Source of the DNA: a bacterium
Lineage (GTDB): Bacteria; Electryoneota; JAOADG01
Assembly: GCA_963681965.1 (NCBI GenBank)
Contig: OY820579.1
Coordinates: 2,560,001-2,624,000, forward strand
Reading direction: 5' to 3'
Length of the DNA: 64,000 bases
Both the position numbers and the translations under genes were made by a program. Below, in pieces: positions 50,007 through 59,981 of the stretch (position 1 is its first letter; each line of letters begins with the position of its first letter). A model generated the notes under the pieces. It did no database searches. It was not told the DNA's origin and was given only the letters and a program-made list of their open reading frames with translations.

Positions 50007-51935
50007 TTATTTTTCTGGAATTGTGCTTGCGTCACCATCTCTCAGTGCCCGGTAATGCGGGGACATGATCTCGACTCCGGCCTTAATGAAACAGTCTTGT
50101 ATGTTCTGATGCAGATCGGAATAGATCACTGCCATTTTGGTTGGAGCATTCGTGTAAGCATTCAACTCGTATTCGACGTAGAAGTCATTCAAAGCGATCT
50201 GGAGGACAAATGGTTTCGGATCACTTGAAACATCAGTTGTCATTCCGGCAGCATCTATTAGTAGTTGGTGCACGATCCGCCATGGGGCATCGTATCCAAT
50301 CGTGACAGAAGTTTGCAGAATCAGTTCGCGGTTATCGCTTAACGTGCTGTAGTTAACGATGTGACTGCTAAGGACGATAGAGTTAGGAATGGTTACTTCT
50401 ACGTTTTTAATGGTTCGGATTCGAGTGATCAATAGTGTCTTCTCGACAATGTCTCCCACTGTATCAGTAATTTTTACGCGATCGCCAACCTGAAAGGGTC
50501 GCATGTAAGTTAGAATAATCCCAGCAATGATATTCGATATCGCCGAAGAAGAACCAAACGACAACATAACACCAATAAAAACGGTGATTCCTTGAAAGAA
50601 CTTCGAGTCAGCACCCGGGAGATAAGGAAAGATGACGATAACTGCACAAACAATGATCACAAGCCTGACTATTTTGTAGGTCGGGTTGATCAGATCAAGG
50701 TGAAATCCACTAAACTTGAAGGCTCCACTTGCCAGTTCGTCGAACAGGAATCTGACTCCTTTGATGAAGTAGTAGGTGACAACAATGATTACAGCTATTG
50801 TAAATAATGAAGGAAGATAAGCAACAAATGCGACAACAGTAGCGTGAAGAGGATGGACAATTAGATCTAGCAGTTTTTTAGACCAAGTTTGGGTGTAATC
50901 GAATTGTCGGAATAGAATAGTCAAGTAGAAATATATTACTGCAGCGATTGCCACCAGTTTAGTATTGCGAACTAGACCAGTGATGACTCCTTGGATGCGA
51001 GTCTTAGAAAGTAACTCCCAATCTCTAATTTTTACACCATCAAAGTGCTTATCGATCCACTGTGATAGAACTGTTTGCAATCCGTTCACAAATGCTTTTC
51101 CTACTTTGAATGCCACTACTAGCGCAACCGTAAGTAGAATCGCAACACCGATATCACTCAGCAATGGAGTAACGTCCCACTGGCGTGTATACGGAAACAG
51201 TTCCCAGATATGCAAGAATAGGTAGTAAAAAGCAACGAGAGAGATTGCAGTACGAATGACTCCAAGTAATATCGTAGTTATTTGTAAAAATGTGGACAAA
51301 TGCATCAATTCGAATCCACGGAACGAAAATCCACCTTGACGCCTGTTTGCCAATCGTGTCAGCGATACCACCATCCATTTGTACATCTTAGCGAGTATAA
51401 ATAGAAGTATGATAAAGCTTAGCAAATACAGGGAGGATTCGCCGATGTTACTCCAAACTGCCTGAGGTGATGTATTTGCGCGGTAGGAAAAAATCTTTTG
51501 CTTGATAATGTCCAAGAATTGCAGGGCGGTTTGGTGCCGGGAAACAGTGGAGTCAATCAGATCGGTTGTGAGAACGACACAAAGCAACTGTGTACCGTAA
51601 CTGATGTCGCTAGAATATTCACTCTCTGAAACTCGAAATGAGTCCCATTCTAATTTTCTAAGTGTGGTAAGTATTAGCAATTGTTCGCTGATGCGTTCTG
51701 CCCGTTCTGCCCCGGTGAATGTCCCTGTATTTGAGATTACCGAAAAGAGTGTGTCACGCTGGAAGACAACTGGATATCCTATATTGTTTGGAGAAGACAA
51801 AATCTTAGTCGAGTCAGAATTCAATAGTCTTATGGTGTCAACTTCCTTCGCACCGGATGGCAATGAGATGGATAACAGTGTGACAACCACTGTAATTGCA
51901 GCAGTCGTAAGTGTTCTTCTCAATTTCTCAAACAT
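50007..51935 (-). CDS. MscS mechanosensitive channel family protein
   Basis: SNIIAG, RPFQVGDRV, TIPNS, TIGYD, GVEIMSPHY. Confidence 0.9.
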   Translation of the reverse strand: MFEKLRRTLTTAAITVVVTLLSISLPSGAKEVDTIRLLNSDSTKILSSPNNIGYPVVFQRDTLFSVISNTGTFTGAERAERISEQLLILTTLRKLEWDSFRVSESEYSSDISYGTQLLCVVLTTDLIDSTVSRHQTALQFLDIIKQKIFSYRANTSPQAVWSNIGESSLYLLSFIILLFILAKMYKWMVVSLTRLANRRQGGFSFRGFELMHLSTFLQITTILLGVIRTAISLVAFYYLFLHIWELFPYTRQWDVTPLLSDIGVAILLTVALVVAFKVGKAFVNGLQTVLSQWIDKHFDGVKIRDWELLSKTRIQGVITGLVRNTKLVAIAAVIYFYLTILFRQFDYTQTWSKKLLDLIVHPLHATVVAFVAYLPSLFTIAVIIVVTYYFIKGVRFLFDELASGAFKFSGFHLDLINPTYKIVRLVIIVCAVIVIFPYLPGADSKFFQGITVFIGVMLSFGSSSAISNIIAGIILTYMRPFQVGDRVKITDTVGDIVEKTLLITRIRTIKNVEVTIPNSIVLSSHIVNYSTLSDNRELILQTSVTIGYDAPWRIVHQLLIDAAGMTTDVSSDPKPFVLQIALNDFYVEYELNAYTNAPTKMAVIYSDLHQNIQDCFIKAGVEIMSPHYRALRDGDASTIPEK

Positions 51936-51989
51936 TCATCCTCCGGTTCCAGAGCGATAGGCGCGCCAGATACATACTAAGTTCTACGT

Positions 51990-53357
51990 TCATTTAGTAG
52001 ATATTGAACGACGGGTGGAGCTAACAAGCATCAATACAATCCAACCAAGAATGGCAGAAACTAATGAGCCGCCGATAATGCCGATCTTAGCTGCATCCAA
52101 ATGTGAACCGGATGGGAATGCAAGATTTGCGATGAAGAGTGACATGGTAAAGCCGATGCCACCAAGCAATCCGATACCTAGAACATGCATCCATCTTACT
52201 GATGATGGCAACACTGCCAATTTTAACTTAACTGCGAGAAAAGAGAACAAGAAGATACCAATGGCTTTTCCAAACACAAGACCAAATGCGGTTCCGGTTG
52301 CGACAGTATCGCTCAGTAATGACCCAAATTGATCTCCGATTACGACTCCTGCATTGGCGAGAGCAAACACCGGCATAATCAGAAACGTGACAACCTTATG
52401 AAGTCCAGTATCCAGAAATTGTAGCGGTGATTGAACACTTTTCGTAAGCTTCATTAAGGAATAAATGGCGTTTATTTGCTTATGGTTGAGGAAAGCGTGA
52501 GCTTGGACATTACTACCATTGGAAAAATCATCGAGTGAGCGATGCCCTTCAAAAATGAACTCTTTCTGATTAACCCGAGTCGTGGCTGGAATACACATCG
52601 CCAGTATCACTCCAGCAATTGTCGAATGGATGCCTGACTGCAAGACGAGATACCAAAGGATCACTCCAAACACCAGATAAACAGGTACCGATCGTACATT
52701 ACTCCAGTTTAAGATTGCGAGTATAACCACAGTAATACCAGCCAGTCCCAAAAACATCAGCGATATCTCATTCGTATAAAACACCGCTATCACCAGGACA
52801 GCCCCAATGTCATCGATAATTGCCAATGCCGTCAACATCACCTTCAATCCGAGTGGCACTTTGTTTCCCAAGATTGCGAGCATTCCAATCGCGAACGCAA
52901 TGTCGGTTGCCATCGGAATCCCCCAACCTCGAACGCCTTCCGTTCCGGAAGTCATCAGCCAGTAAATAGTAGCCGGAAACAACATACCTCCCAACGCAGC
53001 GAAGATTGGGAGTAACGCTTTCTTCGGTGATGCCAGTTCACCGACCAGCATCTCGCGTTTAATTTCTAAACCCACTACTAAAAAGAATATTGCCATTAAC
53101 CCATCGTTGATCAGATGCATAACCGAAGTCGATACCTGATATTGTCCGATTCCAACATTCAACGAAGAATGAAAAATGTTCTGGTAGAGGGTAGCCCAAA
53201 TTGAGTTCGCCCAAATCACAGCAATGACTGCACTGATGAATAACAGGATGCCTGATGCTGATTCCAATTTGAAGAATTCTTGGAACGGAGTCAGTATTCT
53301 GTTTTTAAGTAGATGGTTCACTTTGTGTGTCTCTCGATTCATTCTTTTCTCTTTCAA
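51990..53357 (-). CDS. nhaA: Na+/H+ antiporter NhaA
   Basis: INDGLMAIFF, GWGIPMATDIAF, ALAIIDD, GIGFTMS. Confidence 0.93.
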   Translation of the reverse strand: MKEKRMNRETHKVNHLLKNRILTPFQEFFKLESASGILLFISAVIAVIWANSIWATLYQNIFHSSLNVGIGQYQVSTSVMHLINDGLMAIFFLVVGLEIKREMLVGELASPKKALLPIFAALGGMLFPATIYWLMTSGTEGVRGWGIPMATDIAFAIGMLAILGNKVPLGLKVMLTALAIIDDIGAVLVIAVFYTNEISLMFLGLAGITVVILAILNWSNVRSVPVYLVFGVILWYLVLQSGIHSTIAGVILAMCIPATTRVNQKEFIFEGHRSLDDFSNGSNVQAHAFLNHKQINAIYSLMKLTKSVQSPLQFLDTGLHKVVTFLIMPVFALANAGVVIGDQFGSLLSDTVATGTAFGLVFGKAIGIFLFSFLAVKLKLAVLPSSVRWMHVLGIGLLGGIGFTMSLFIANLAFPSGSHLDAAKIGIIGGSLVSAILGWIVLMLVSSTRRSISTK

Positions 53358-54724
53358 GTAATGGTCTCAAGCTTGGACTCTGACGGTACAGTTGTTTTGG
53401 ATCTGATTTCGAGTAATGCATCGTAGATGGGTAGTGATCCAAGCAGCGTGGCAGTCAGGTAAGAAATCAGACACGCAATCGATAACGGAAAAAGTTGTGA
53501 GTAGTTACCTGTCATCTCTAGTATAAGTACGATACCAGTTAGAGGTGCGCGAACACTTGCAACAAAAACCGCAGCCATACCGATTACGGCGAATGCGGCC
53601 GGGGTCGGTGCCAATGCGGGAAACATCAAGTGATCGAACTGCCCAACAATTGCGCCCAGGAGTGCACCAATCAGTAACATGGGTGCAAAGATTCCGCCGG
53701 GAACCCCTGCAGCAAAAGAAAGACTCGTCAACAGGATTTTACCTACTAAAAGGAGTAGTAGAAAGATGATCGTACCATCTCTCGGGATCACTCCTTTCAA
53801 TATCATCTCTGCAGTTGCATGTCCACCACCGGTAATTTCTGGCAGAATCCATACCGAGGCTGCAATTACTACTGCGACAACTCCACCTCTTACCCATGGA
53901 TTCTTGAGATACAAATCGGCATAACGAATGCTGTTCAGTAACGACTTGTTAAAAACAACTCCAATCAGCCCTGCCGCTACTCCCAAGATGGCAAATAGTG
54001 GAAGTGCCTCTAATGACGGTACCGGAAATGAGGTCACATGAAATGAAGGGATTTGACCGACGGAAATCTGAGTGACGAGTGCAGCAGTAAGCGAGGAGAT
54101 GAATGCGGTGCCATACGTCATCGGTGACAAACCGCGACGTAACTCCTCAATGACAAAAATGAACCCAGCAAGTGGTGCATTAAACGCACCTGCCAACCCG
54201 GCTCCAGCACCACAAGCGATCAGGTGACTACGTTCACTGGCTGTACTGCGAAGGAATTTCGATACAACCATTCCAACCGCAGAACCCATTTGAACTGTTG
54301 GACCTTCACGACCAAGTGAAAATCCTGCACCGATTGCGAGTACACCTCCAATGAACTTAACAAGCAAGACTCGAATCCAACGAATTTCAATTTTACGCTC
54401 GAGAACAAGCTTGACATGGGGAATTCCACTACCAGCAGCTTCTGGTGCAAACTTATTCGTCATCCAACTGACTAATGCTCCTATTCCAATGATCACAATA
54501 GAGAACGGTAGCACCCACCAATATGAACTTTCCGAGATCGATGCCATTATCGATTTACGTATCACTTCTGCAAACCAGAGGAAGTATTGAAATGTAAGAG
54601 CAATTGAACCAGTAGCTAATCCGATGGTTATAGCACGTACAAACTGATACCGTCGACTCATCTGAATCAGGCGCACCATTCGCTCTCGATTACTTGTTCC
54701 ACTAGCAGTGGCGCTTACACTCAC
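53354..54724 (-). CDS. clcA: ClC H+/Cl- exchange transporter
   Basis: GSGIP, GREGP, FNAPLAG..FVIEE, GIFAP. Confidence 0.92.
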   Translation of the reverse strand: MSVSATASGTSNRERMVRLIQMSRRYQFVRAITIGLATGSIALTFQYFLWFAEVIRKSIMASISESSYWWVLPFSIVIIGIGALVSWMTNKFAPEAAGSGIPHVKLVLERKIEIRWIRVLLVKFIGGVLAIGAGFSLGREGPTVQMGSAVGMVVSKFLRSTASERSHLIACGAGAGLAGAFNAPLAGFIFVIEELRRGLSPMTYGTAFISSLTAALVTQISVGQIPSFHVTSFPVPSLEALPLFAILGVAAGLIGVVFNKSLLNSIRYADLYLKNPWVRGGVVAVVIAASVWILPEITGGGHATAEMILKGVIPRDGTIIFLLLLLVGKILLTSLSFAAGVPGGIFAPMLLIGALLGAIVGQFDHLMFPALAPTPAAFAVIGMAAVFVASVRAPLTGIVLILEMTGNYSQLFPLSIACLISYLTATLLGSLPIYDALLEIRSKTTVPSESKLETIT

Positions 54725-54821
54725 GATAGAAATCCCTTATCTCTTCAAGATCGGCTGACTCAGTTGTCTGGCAAACCGGTGAATGGTACTTTATTCATAC
54801 ATCCCATTAAAGACGAGCGGT

Positions 54822-55997
54822 ATGGATCTTCAGAACATCATGTTAAATGTTTTAAGTACACCGGAAGTACAGTATATCCTTCTGCTATTCGCTTTGTTCG
54901 TGTTTCCGAAGTGGTTGCAAAGATTCCGTATTCCCGGTGCCATAACCAGCCTTTTGTTGGGCATGGTTGCCAGCATGTTTCTCCACCTCTTTGATCAAGA
55001 TGCAACAATTCAATTACTTGCTACTTTCGGGATCGTCTCAATGTTCCTCTTTGCCGGACTTGAGATGGATTTTGTTCTGTTGCGCAAACACTTCTCAGTT
55101 CTGATACAACATATTGCAATTCAATTGGTTACTCTACTACTCATTGCATGGATAGCATCGTTCGTTTTTGATTTATCCAGCCGAGCTGCCATCGTATTGG
55201 CAATGGCGCTGCTTACTCCTTCCGCAGGTTTCATACTTGATTCCTTACTCACGTTGAAGGTGTCTAATCTTGAGAAAGAATGGATCAAATCGAAAGTACT
55301 GGCTACTGAGCTAGTCACTTTAAGTGTTTTGTTCTTTGTACTCCAGTCAACCAGTGCAGTAAAAATGTCAGTCTCGCTGGGAGTGTTGATTGCTCTAGTC
55401 GTCATTCTTCCGATTCTGTTCAAACTCTTTGCCTCCTGGATCATTCCATTTGCCCCTAAATCCGAATTTGCGTTCCTACTGATGGTTGCAGTAGTAAGTT
55501 CGCTGGTTACCCGCAGACTCGGAGTATACTACCTGGTCGGGGCCTTTATCGTCGGAATCACAGCGCAGAATTTTCAAAAGCATTTGCCAGCCATTGCATC
55601 GGAAAAAATGCTCCACGCTGTCGAAGTTTTTGCTTCGTTCTTTATCCCTTTTTACTTTTTTAACGCCGGAATGCACCTACACAAAGAAGATTTCAATTGG
55701 TATGTGCTTCTCGCTGGGATCTCTTTTGCATTTGTGTTAATTCCAACAAGGATCTTTCAGGTCGCCTTACATCGACGGTTTGCCCTTCACGAAACGCTAA
55801 TTTCCAGTAGACGTATCGGTATCGCATTGCTTCCATCACTTGTGTTCACCATCGTACTAGCCGAGATTCTCCGCGAACGGTTTGAAGCACCCCCCATCAT
55901 CTTTGGGGGGCTGATAGTTTACACTATTGTAACTACAGTACTTCCCAGTATTCTTTTGAGATCGGAACCACCTCAAGGGTTATCGCATAAAGTCTAG
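54822..55997 (+). CDS. Cation:proton antiporter (CPA family)
   Basis: Polytopic; MFLFAGLE, LVGAF, FFIPFYFF..G; start placed at MDLQN. Confidence 0.75.
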   Translation: MDLQNIMLNVLSTPEVQYILLLFALFVFPKWLQRFRIPGAITSLLLGMVASMFLHLFDQDATIQLLATFGIVSMFLFAGLEMDFVLLRKHFSVLIQHIAIQLVTLLLIAWIASFVFDLSSRAAIVLAMALLTPSAGFILDSLLTLKVSNLEKEWIKSKVLATELVTLSVLFFVLQSTSAVKMSVSLGVLIALVVILPILFKLFASWIIPFAPKSEFAFLLMVAVVSSLVTRRLGVYYLVGAFIVGITAQNFQKHLPAIASEKMLHAVEVFASFFIPFYFFNAGMHLHKEDFNWYVLLAGISFAFVLIPTRIFQVALHRRFALHETLISSRRIGIALLPSLVFTIVLAEILRERFEAPPIIFGGLIVYTIVTTVLPSILLRSEPPQGLSHKV

Positions 55998-56026
55998 GCA
56001 CTTTACATGATCATAATCTAACCAAA

Positions 56027-56620
56027 CTATTCAAAGGTCCGCTTACTTATCACGTTCGATGTTAGCCTTGAAAGGATTGTACGTCTAAACCATGTTACTA
56101 AGTTTGTTGCTAATGACGTGTCAGAAAGAAGATGCAAATCGCCCGTGTTTTTAGCTGACAGATCTATCGTAACCCGACAATCGGAGGATGGGTTTAAGTC
56201 ATACATCGCCGTGACGATAGATCCCTCAATTGATGTTCCAACTATTAGTATATTACTAACTCTTTTCCGGATGAGTCTATCTGGTAGATTTCTGAACTGC
56301 CCAAACCACTTGTTTTTTCCACTACCTATTAAGGTTAATTGTGGCTTCAGTTGATTGATGGCCTTGCGAATTCCTTTGAGGGGTGAACCTTTAACGATAT
56401 GGATCGTTATCCCGAAAGATGGAGTGGGAAGTTGCTCTCGTATGATCTTCATGATTTGCATTTGAAACCAGCGAAGTTGTTCACGTTCCCGGTCTTTTTC
56501 TGGGATTACGTGTACTACATGGAGAGGAACATGACGCACCTGAGAAATTCGATACGCCTCTCTCAGAACAGGAAAATCAATCGACTTGAGTTGAATGGCA
56601 ACTACGATCCCTGATTCTTC
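56027..56620 (-). pseudogene. Degenerate universal stress protein
   Basis: USP-like GIVVAI...LHVVHV, G.P..GI, LTLIGS; the USP-like frame extends upstream of the GTG at 56539 without a standard start. Confidence 0.45.
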
Positions 56621-56706
56621 TACGAAAATGTTACACCTTCACTTCCTGCAGCAAATCATACTTCAGCAAACTTGTCTAATCATTCGTTCGACGATTTGTC
56701 TAATAC

Positions 56707-57600
56707 CTATTGATGCGAATCGCTATTAACTCGAACCACCAGCAAGGAACACTTGGCCCGACGAATAAGTCCTTCCGACACACTGCCGAGAGTTAGTCGT
56801 TTCAAACCCGATTTACCATGAGATCCAATAACGAGCAGCTCAGCCCGAGATGCAATCACTGCATGGAGAATTGCATCGATTGGATTTCCTTCCTTGAGAA
56901 TCGATTTTGCGGAAAATTCTTCTGCGACTATCCGAAGCTTTTCTTTTGATTCATGAAGAAATGTGGAATGCATATCGCTGGTAGTAAATGGTGAAACCAT
57001 TGGATCAGGAGCGAAAAATAGAAATGGCGATGTCTCAACAACATGAATGATGATTAACTGATTCGATCGGTAACTGGCTGCAACACTTGCTCGATGAACT
57101 GCAGGCAGGCTTAGATCGGAAAAATCGGTTGCAGCCAGCACGCATCCTTGTTTACGCTTTCGAGCTATTAACACTGGACAGGTTGCGTGTCTTACAACAC
57201 GTTCGGCGATCCCAGAAAAAATCTTTGGTCGTGTCTTCTTTGTTCCCGCACCTATTACAATCATTGAGGCATCAACTTCGTCGGCGATTTGAAGAATACC
57301 GGCATCGGCAGAGCCCTGCACGACATGGAGTGTGACTGGTAACCTGACATCAGGATAGGTGTCAGTGATCAAGTACTCTAAACGAGATTTAGCAGCTGCG
57401 ATCTGTTCTTCAGCCACAAACGGTGAATCACCGATTAGAGATAGTCCAGTCATGGGTAAAAATCTGGTGTCAGGAATAACGTGAACAACATGAGCTGGTA
57501 TACTCTCGCGAAGCGCGAGGTCGATGCCATGACGGAAAGCCACCATACTATCTCTGTCGTTTTTTACTGCGATTAGTACGGGACCGCGGTGCTCATTCAT
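56707..57600 (-). CDS. Tandem-domain universal stress protein
   Basis: AERVVRHATCPVL, LAATDFS, LLVIGSHG.SG...LGSVSE. Confidence 0.88.
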   Translation of the reverse strand: MNEHRGPVLIAVKNDRDSMVAFRHGIDLALRESIPAHVVHVIPDTRFLPMTGLSLIGDSPFVAEEQIAAAKSRLEYLITDTYPDVRLPVTLHVVQGSADAGILQIADEVDASMIVIGAGTKKTRPKIFSGIAERVVRHATCPVLIARKRKQGCVLAATDFSDLSLPAVHRASVAASYRSNQLIIIHVVETSPFLFFAPDPMVSPFTTSDMHSTFLHESKEKLRIVAEEFSAKSILKEGNPIDAILHAVIASRAELLVIGSHGKSGLKRLTLGSVSEGLIRRAKCSLLVVRVNSDSHQ

Positions 57601-57661
57601 TTCATACTCCTGCTTGATGTAGTGATTTCGATTGGCGAGCTAGTGTGTCCAAATCATTGTT

Positions 57662-57970
57662 CTAGCCATCCTCAGGAGCGTCACGTCCAGATATGATCTG
57701 CTCTTTCCTGCGTCGGCGTTGCTTCTCAAGTTTTGTAACAACTTCACGCGCAGCATCGGAAGCATCGCTCGATTTAGCGGAGGCACGGTAAAATCCGCTC
57801 TGGGAATGGATACGGCATAAAACCTCTTTCTCAGGGCCTTCCTCAGTAACATCCCACTCGACCGTCTGGATGTTATGGAACAGCTTTTCAAACCGCTCAG
57901 TAAGCTCTTCAATAAGAGGTTTAAGACCAGCAAACGAATCATGGATTCGAATGGAGAACGTCAAAGTCAT
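57662..57970 (-). CDS. HPF/RaiA-like ribosome-associated protein
   Basis: Length and A.A...D...A...V..KLEKQ.RRRK pattern. Confidence 0.6.
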   Translation of the reverse strand: MTLTFSIRIHDSFAGLKPLIEELTERFEKLFHNIQTVEWDVTEEGPEKEVLCRIHSQSGFYRASAKSSDASDAAREVVTKLEKQRRRRKEQIISGRDAPEDG

Positions 57971-58172
57971 GGTGTATTCCTTTCAATCAGTACCGCAACA
58001 CGACACAAACTTGAATATGCTTCATATATGAATAAGATACAGAAAAGACATTACTTTGTCAATTGCGCGATGGATGGCTAGTAAAATCGATGCTTGTTCT
58101 GGATTAGTACGAGTGTGTTTGCGTTTGAAGTTAACAAATTGTACCTTATTCATAATTGAAAGGAATTCAATA

Positions 58173-58814
58173 ATGAACGGAAGAAGAGACCGACGCAAAC
58201 AGGAAACCAGAGCCGCATTTCTAAAAGCTGGGTTAGAGATGTTTCATGAGAAGGGGATCGTAGCTACCAGAATCGAAGATATCACCGATCTAGCGGATGT
58301 CGCACGCGGCGGTTTCTACAATTACTTCGAATCTAAGGACGACTTGGTCTACGCATTGCTCATTGAGGGGATCGAACAGCTCCGGTCACTTCTGGCAGCC
58401 GGAGTAAATGTAAAGTACTCAACTCGAAAACGGATCGAAGTCGTCGTTCAAGTTCACGAAAACTTTTTTACGACTCACCCCGAATATGCTCTGCTCTTTC
58501 ATCAAGCTAGAGGGTTACTTGAAACGAAATCTTTCGATGTGACACTGCTAAGGAAAGGATTTAAACAATACTTGAACATTGTTGGAGATTCCCTTTTTCC
58601 ACCAAAAGCGCTTTCACAAATGAGTGAAGAGGCGAAACTCGGGTTTGCGCGAATGGTCGCAGGTACAATCGCGGGCTATCGATCCTATAGCCTTGCGACT
58701 GGGTTGACCCCCGACTATAAAGATGTAACGAACATACTTTTAAACGGTTTGACCATTCCCGGCGAAAAAATTGAATCTCAGATCGATAATTGTCAGGTTA
58801 CCGAGCAAACCTGA
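58173..58814 (+). CDS. TetR/AcrR-family regulator
   Basis: RRDRRKQETR, TRIEDI...ADVARGGFYNYFESKDDL. Confidence 0.9.
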   Translation: MNGRRDRRKQETRAAFLKAGLEMFHEKGIVATRIEDITDLADVARGGFYNYFESKDDLVYALLIEGIEQLRSLLAAGVNVKYSTRKRIEVVVQVHENFFTTHPEYALLFHQARGLLETKSFDVTLLRKGFKQYLNIVGDSLFPPKALSQMSEEAKLGFARMVAGTIAGYRSYSLATGLTPDYKDVTNILLNGLTIPGEKIESQIDNCQVTEQT

Positions 58815-58820
58815 GAAAGG

Positions 58821-59981
58821 ATGGTGAACATGGATACGACCGAAGCATTCAAAACAAAACCGAAGATTGCAGTTCTTGGAGCTGGACACGGTGGTTTGGC
58901 AATGGCAGGTCACCTAGCCATCAAAGGGTTTGAAATCAAGCTGTTCAATCGAAGTGAGGAGCGACTCTGGGGTGTTAAATCAACTGGTGGCATTGAAGTA
59001 GAAGGAGAAATAGAAGGGTTTGGCAAGATCGATGTCGTATCGACAAACATCAGAGAAGTAATTGACGATGCCGACTTGATTATGGTAGTAGCTCCCGCCA
59101 CCGCTCACCGTTACATGGCAGAACAATGTGCCCCATACTTACACGATGGCCAAATCGTCATACTTCATCCGGGCCGAACGTTTGGTGCATTGGAATTCCG
59201 TCAGGTGTTAAGTCAGCACAACGTCACCGCCGATGCTGCAATCGCCGAAACTCAGACATTTATCTATGCTTCACGTGCAATCGGACCCGGTCATGTGAAG
59301 ATATTTGGAATCAAGAATTCAATACCAGTCGCCTCAATCCGTGCCCATCTCATCCCCAGCGTCCTCAAACAATTACGAGTTGTTTATCCGCAGTTCGTTC
59401 CAGGCGACAATATCTTCAAGACCAGTTTCGATAACATTGGTGCCGTGTTTCACCCAACGCTCTGTGTATTGAACGCGGGATGGATTGAAGATGATGCAGA
59501 GTTCCAATTCTACATCAATGGTGTAACGGAATCAGTTGCAAAAGTACTCGAGCAAGTTGACATCGAGCGCGTAAATGTTGCCGAGGCGCTTGGTATTCGG
59601 GCTTTAACCGCCCGTCAGTGGCTCTACATGGCTTACAACACTGCTGGTGATGATCTCCACACTGCGATGAAAAAGAACCCGGGGTACCGAGGAATCATGG
59701 CACCTACTACTCTTCGAGTTCGATACATCAGCGAAGATGTTCCTTCGAGCTTAGTCCCAATCGCATCAGTAGGGAAGAAGTTTGGTGTTGAGACTCCAAC
59801 CATCAACACAATCATTCAACTCGCATCAGTATTAAACCAAACAGACTACAAAGCGATTGGTAGAACAGTTGAGAGGTTGGGGATCGCGGACATGACCTTA
59901 AAGGAACTTCGGTTATTGGCGATCGGCGAACCGCATCAGCCAATCGCTAACCTTAGTAAATCAGAGGAGGGCAAATCATGA
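58821..59981 (+). CDS. NAD(P)-dependent opine (octopine/nopaline) dehydrogenase family protein
   Basis: VLGAGHGG Rossmann motif, LHPGRTFGA, N.GAVFHP, FY..G, D.ER, RYISEDVP..LVP, GRT. Confidence 0.88.
   Translation: MVNMDTTEAFKTKPKIAVLGAGHGGLAMAGHLAIKGFEIKLFNRSEERLWGVKSTGGIEVEGEIEGFGKIDVVSTNIREVIDDADLIMVVAPATAHRYMAEQCAPYLHDGQIVILHPGRTFGALEFRQVLSQHNVTADAAIAETQTFIYASRAIGPGHVKIFGIKNSIPVASIRAHLIPSVLKQLRVVYPQFVPGDNIFKTSFDNIGAVFHPTLCVLNAGWIEDDAEFQFYINGVTESVAKVLEQVDIERVNVAEALGIRALTARQWLYMAYNTAGDDLHTAMKKNPGYRGIMAPTTLRVRYISEDVPSSLVPIASVGKKFGVETPTINTIIQLASVLNQTDYKAIGRTVERLGIADMTLKELRLLAIGEPHQPIANLSKSEEGKS

Noticed and set aside
57640-57942. Alternative 100-aa ORF
   Set aside because: Overlaps the better-supported HPF-like frame, which has an AAGGA RBS
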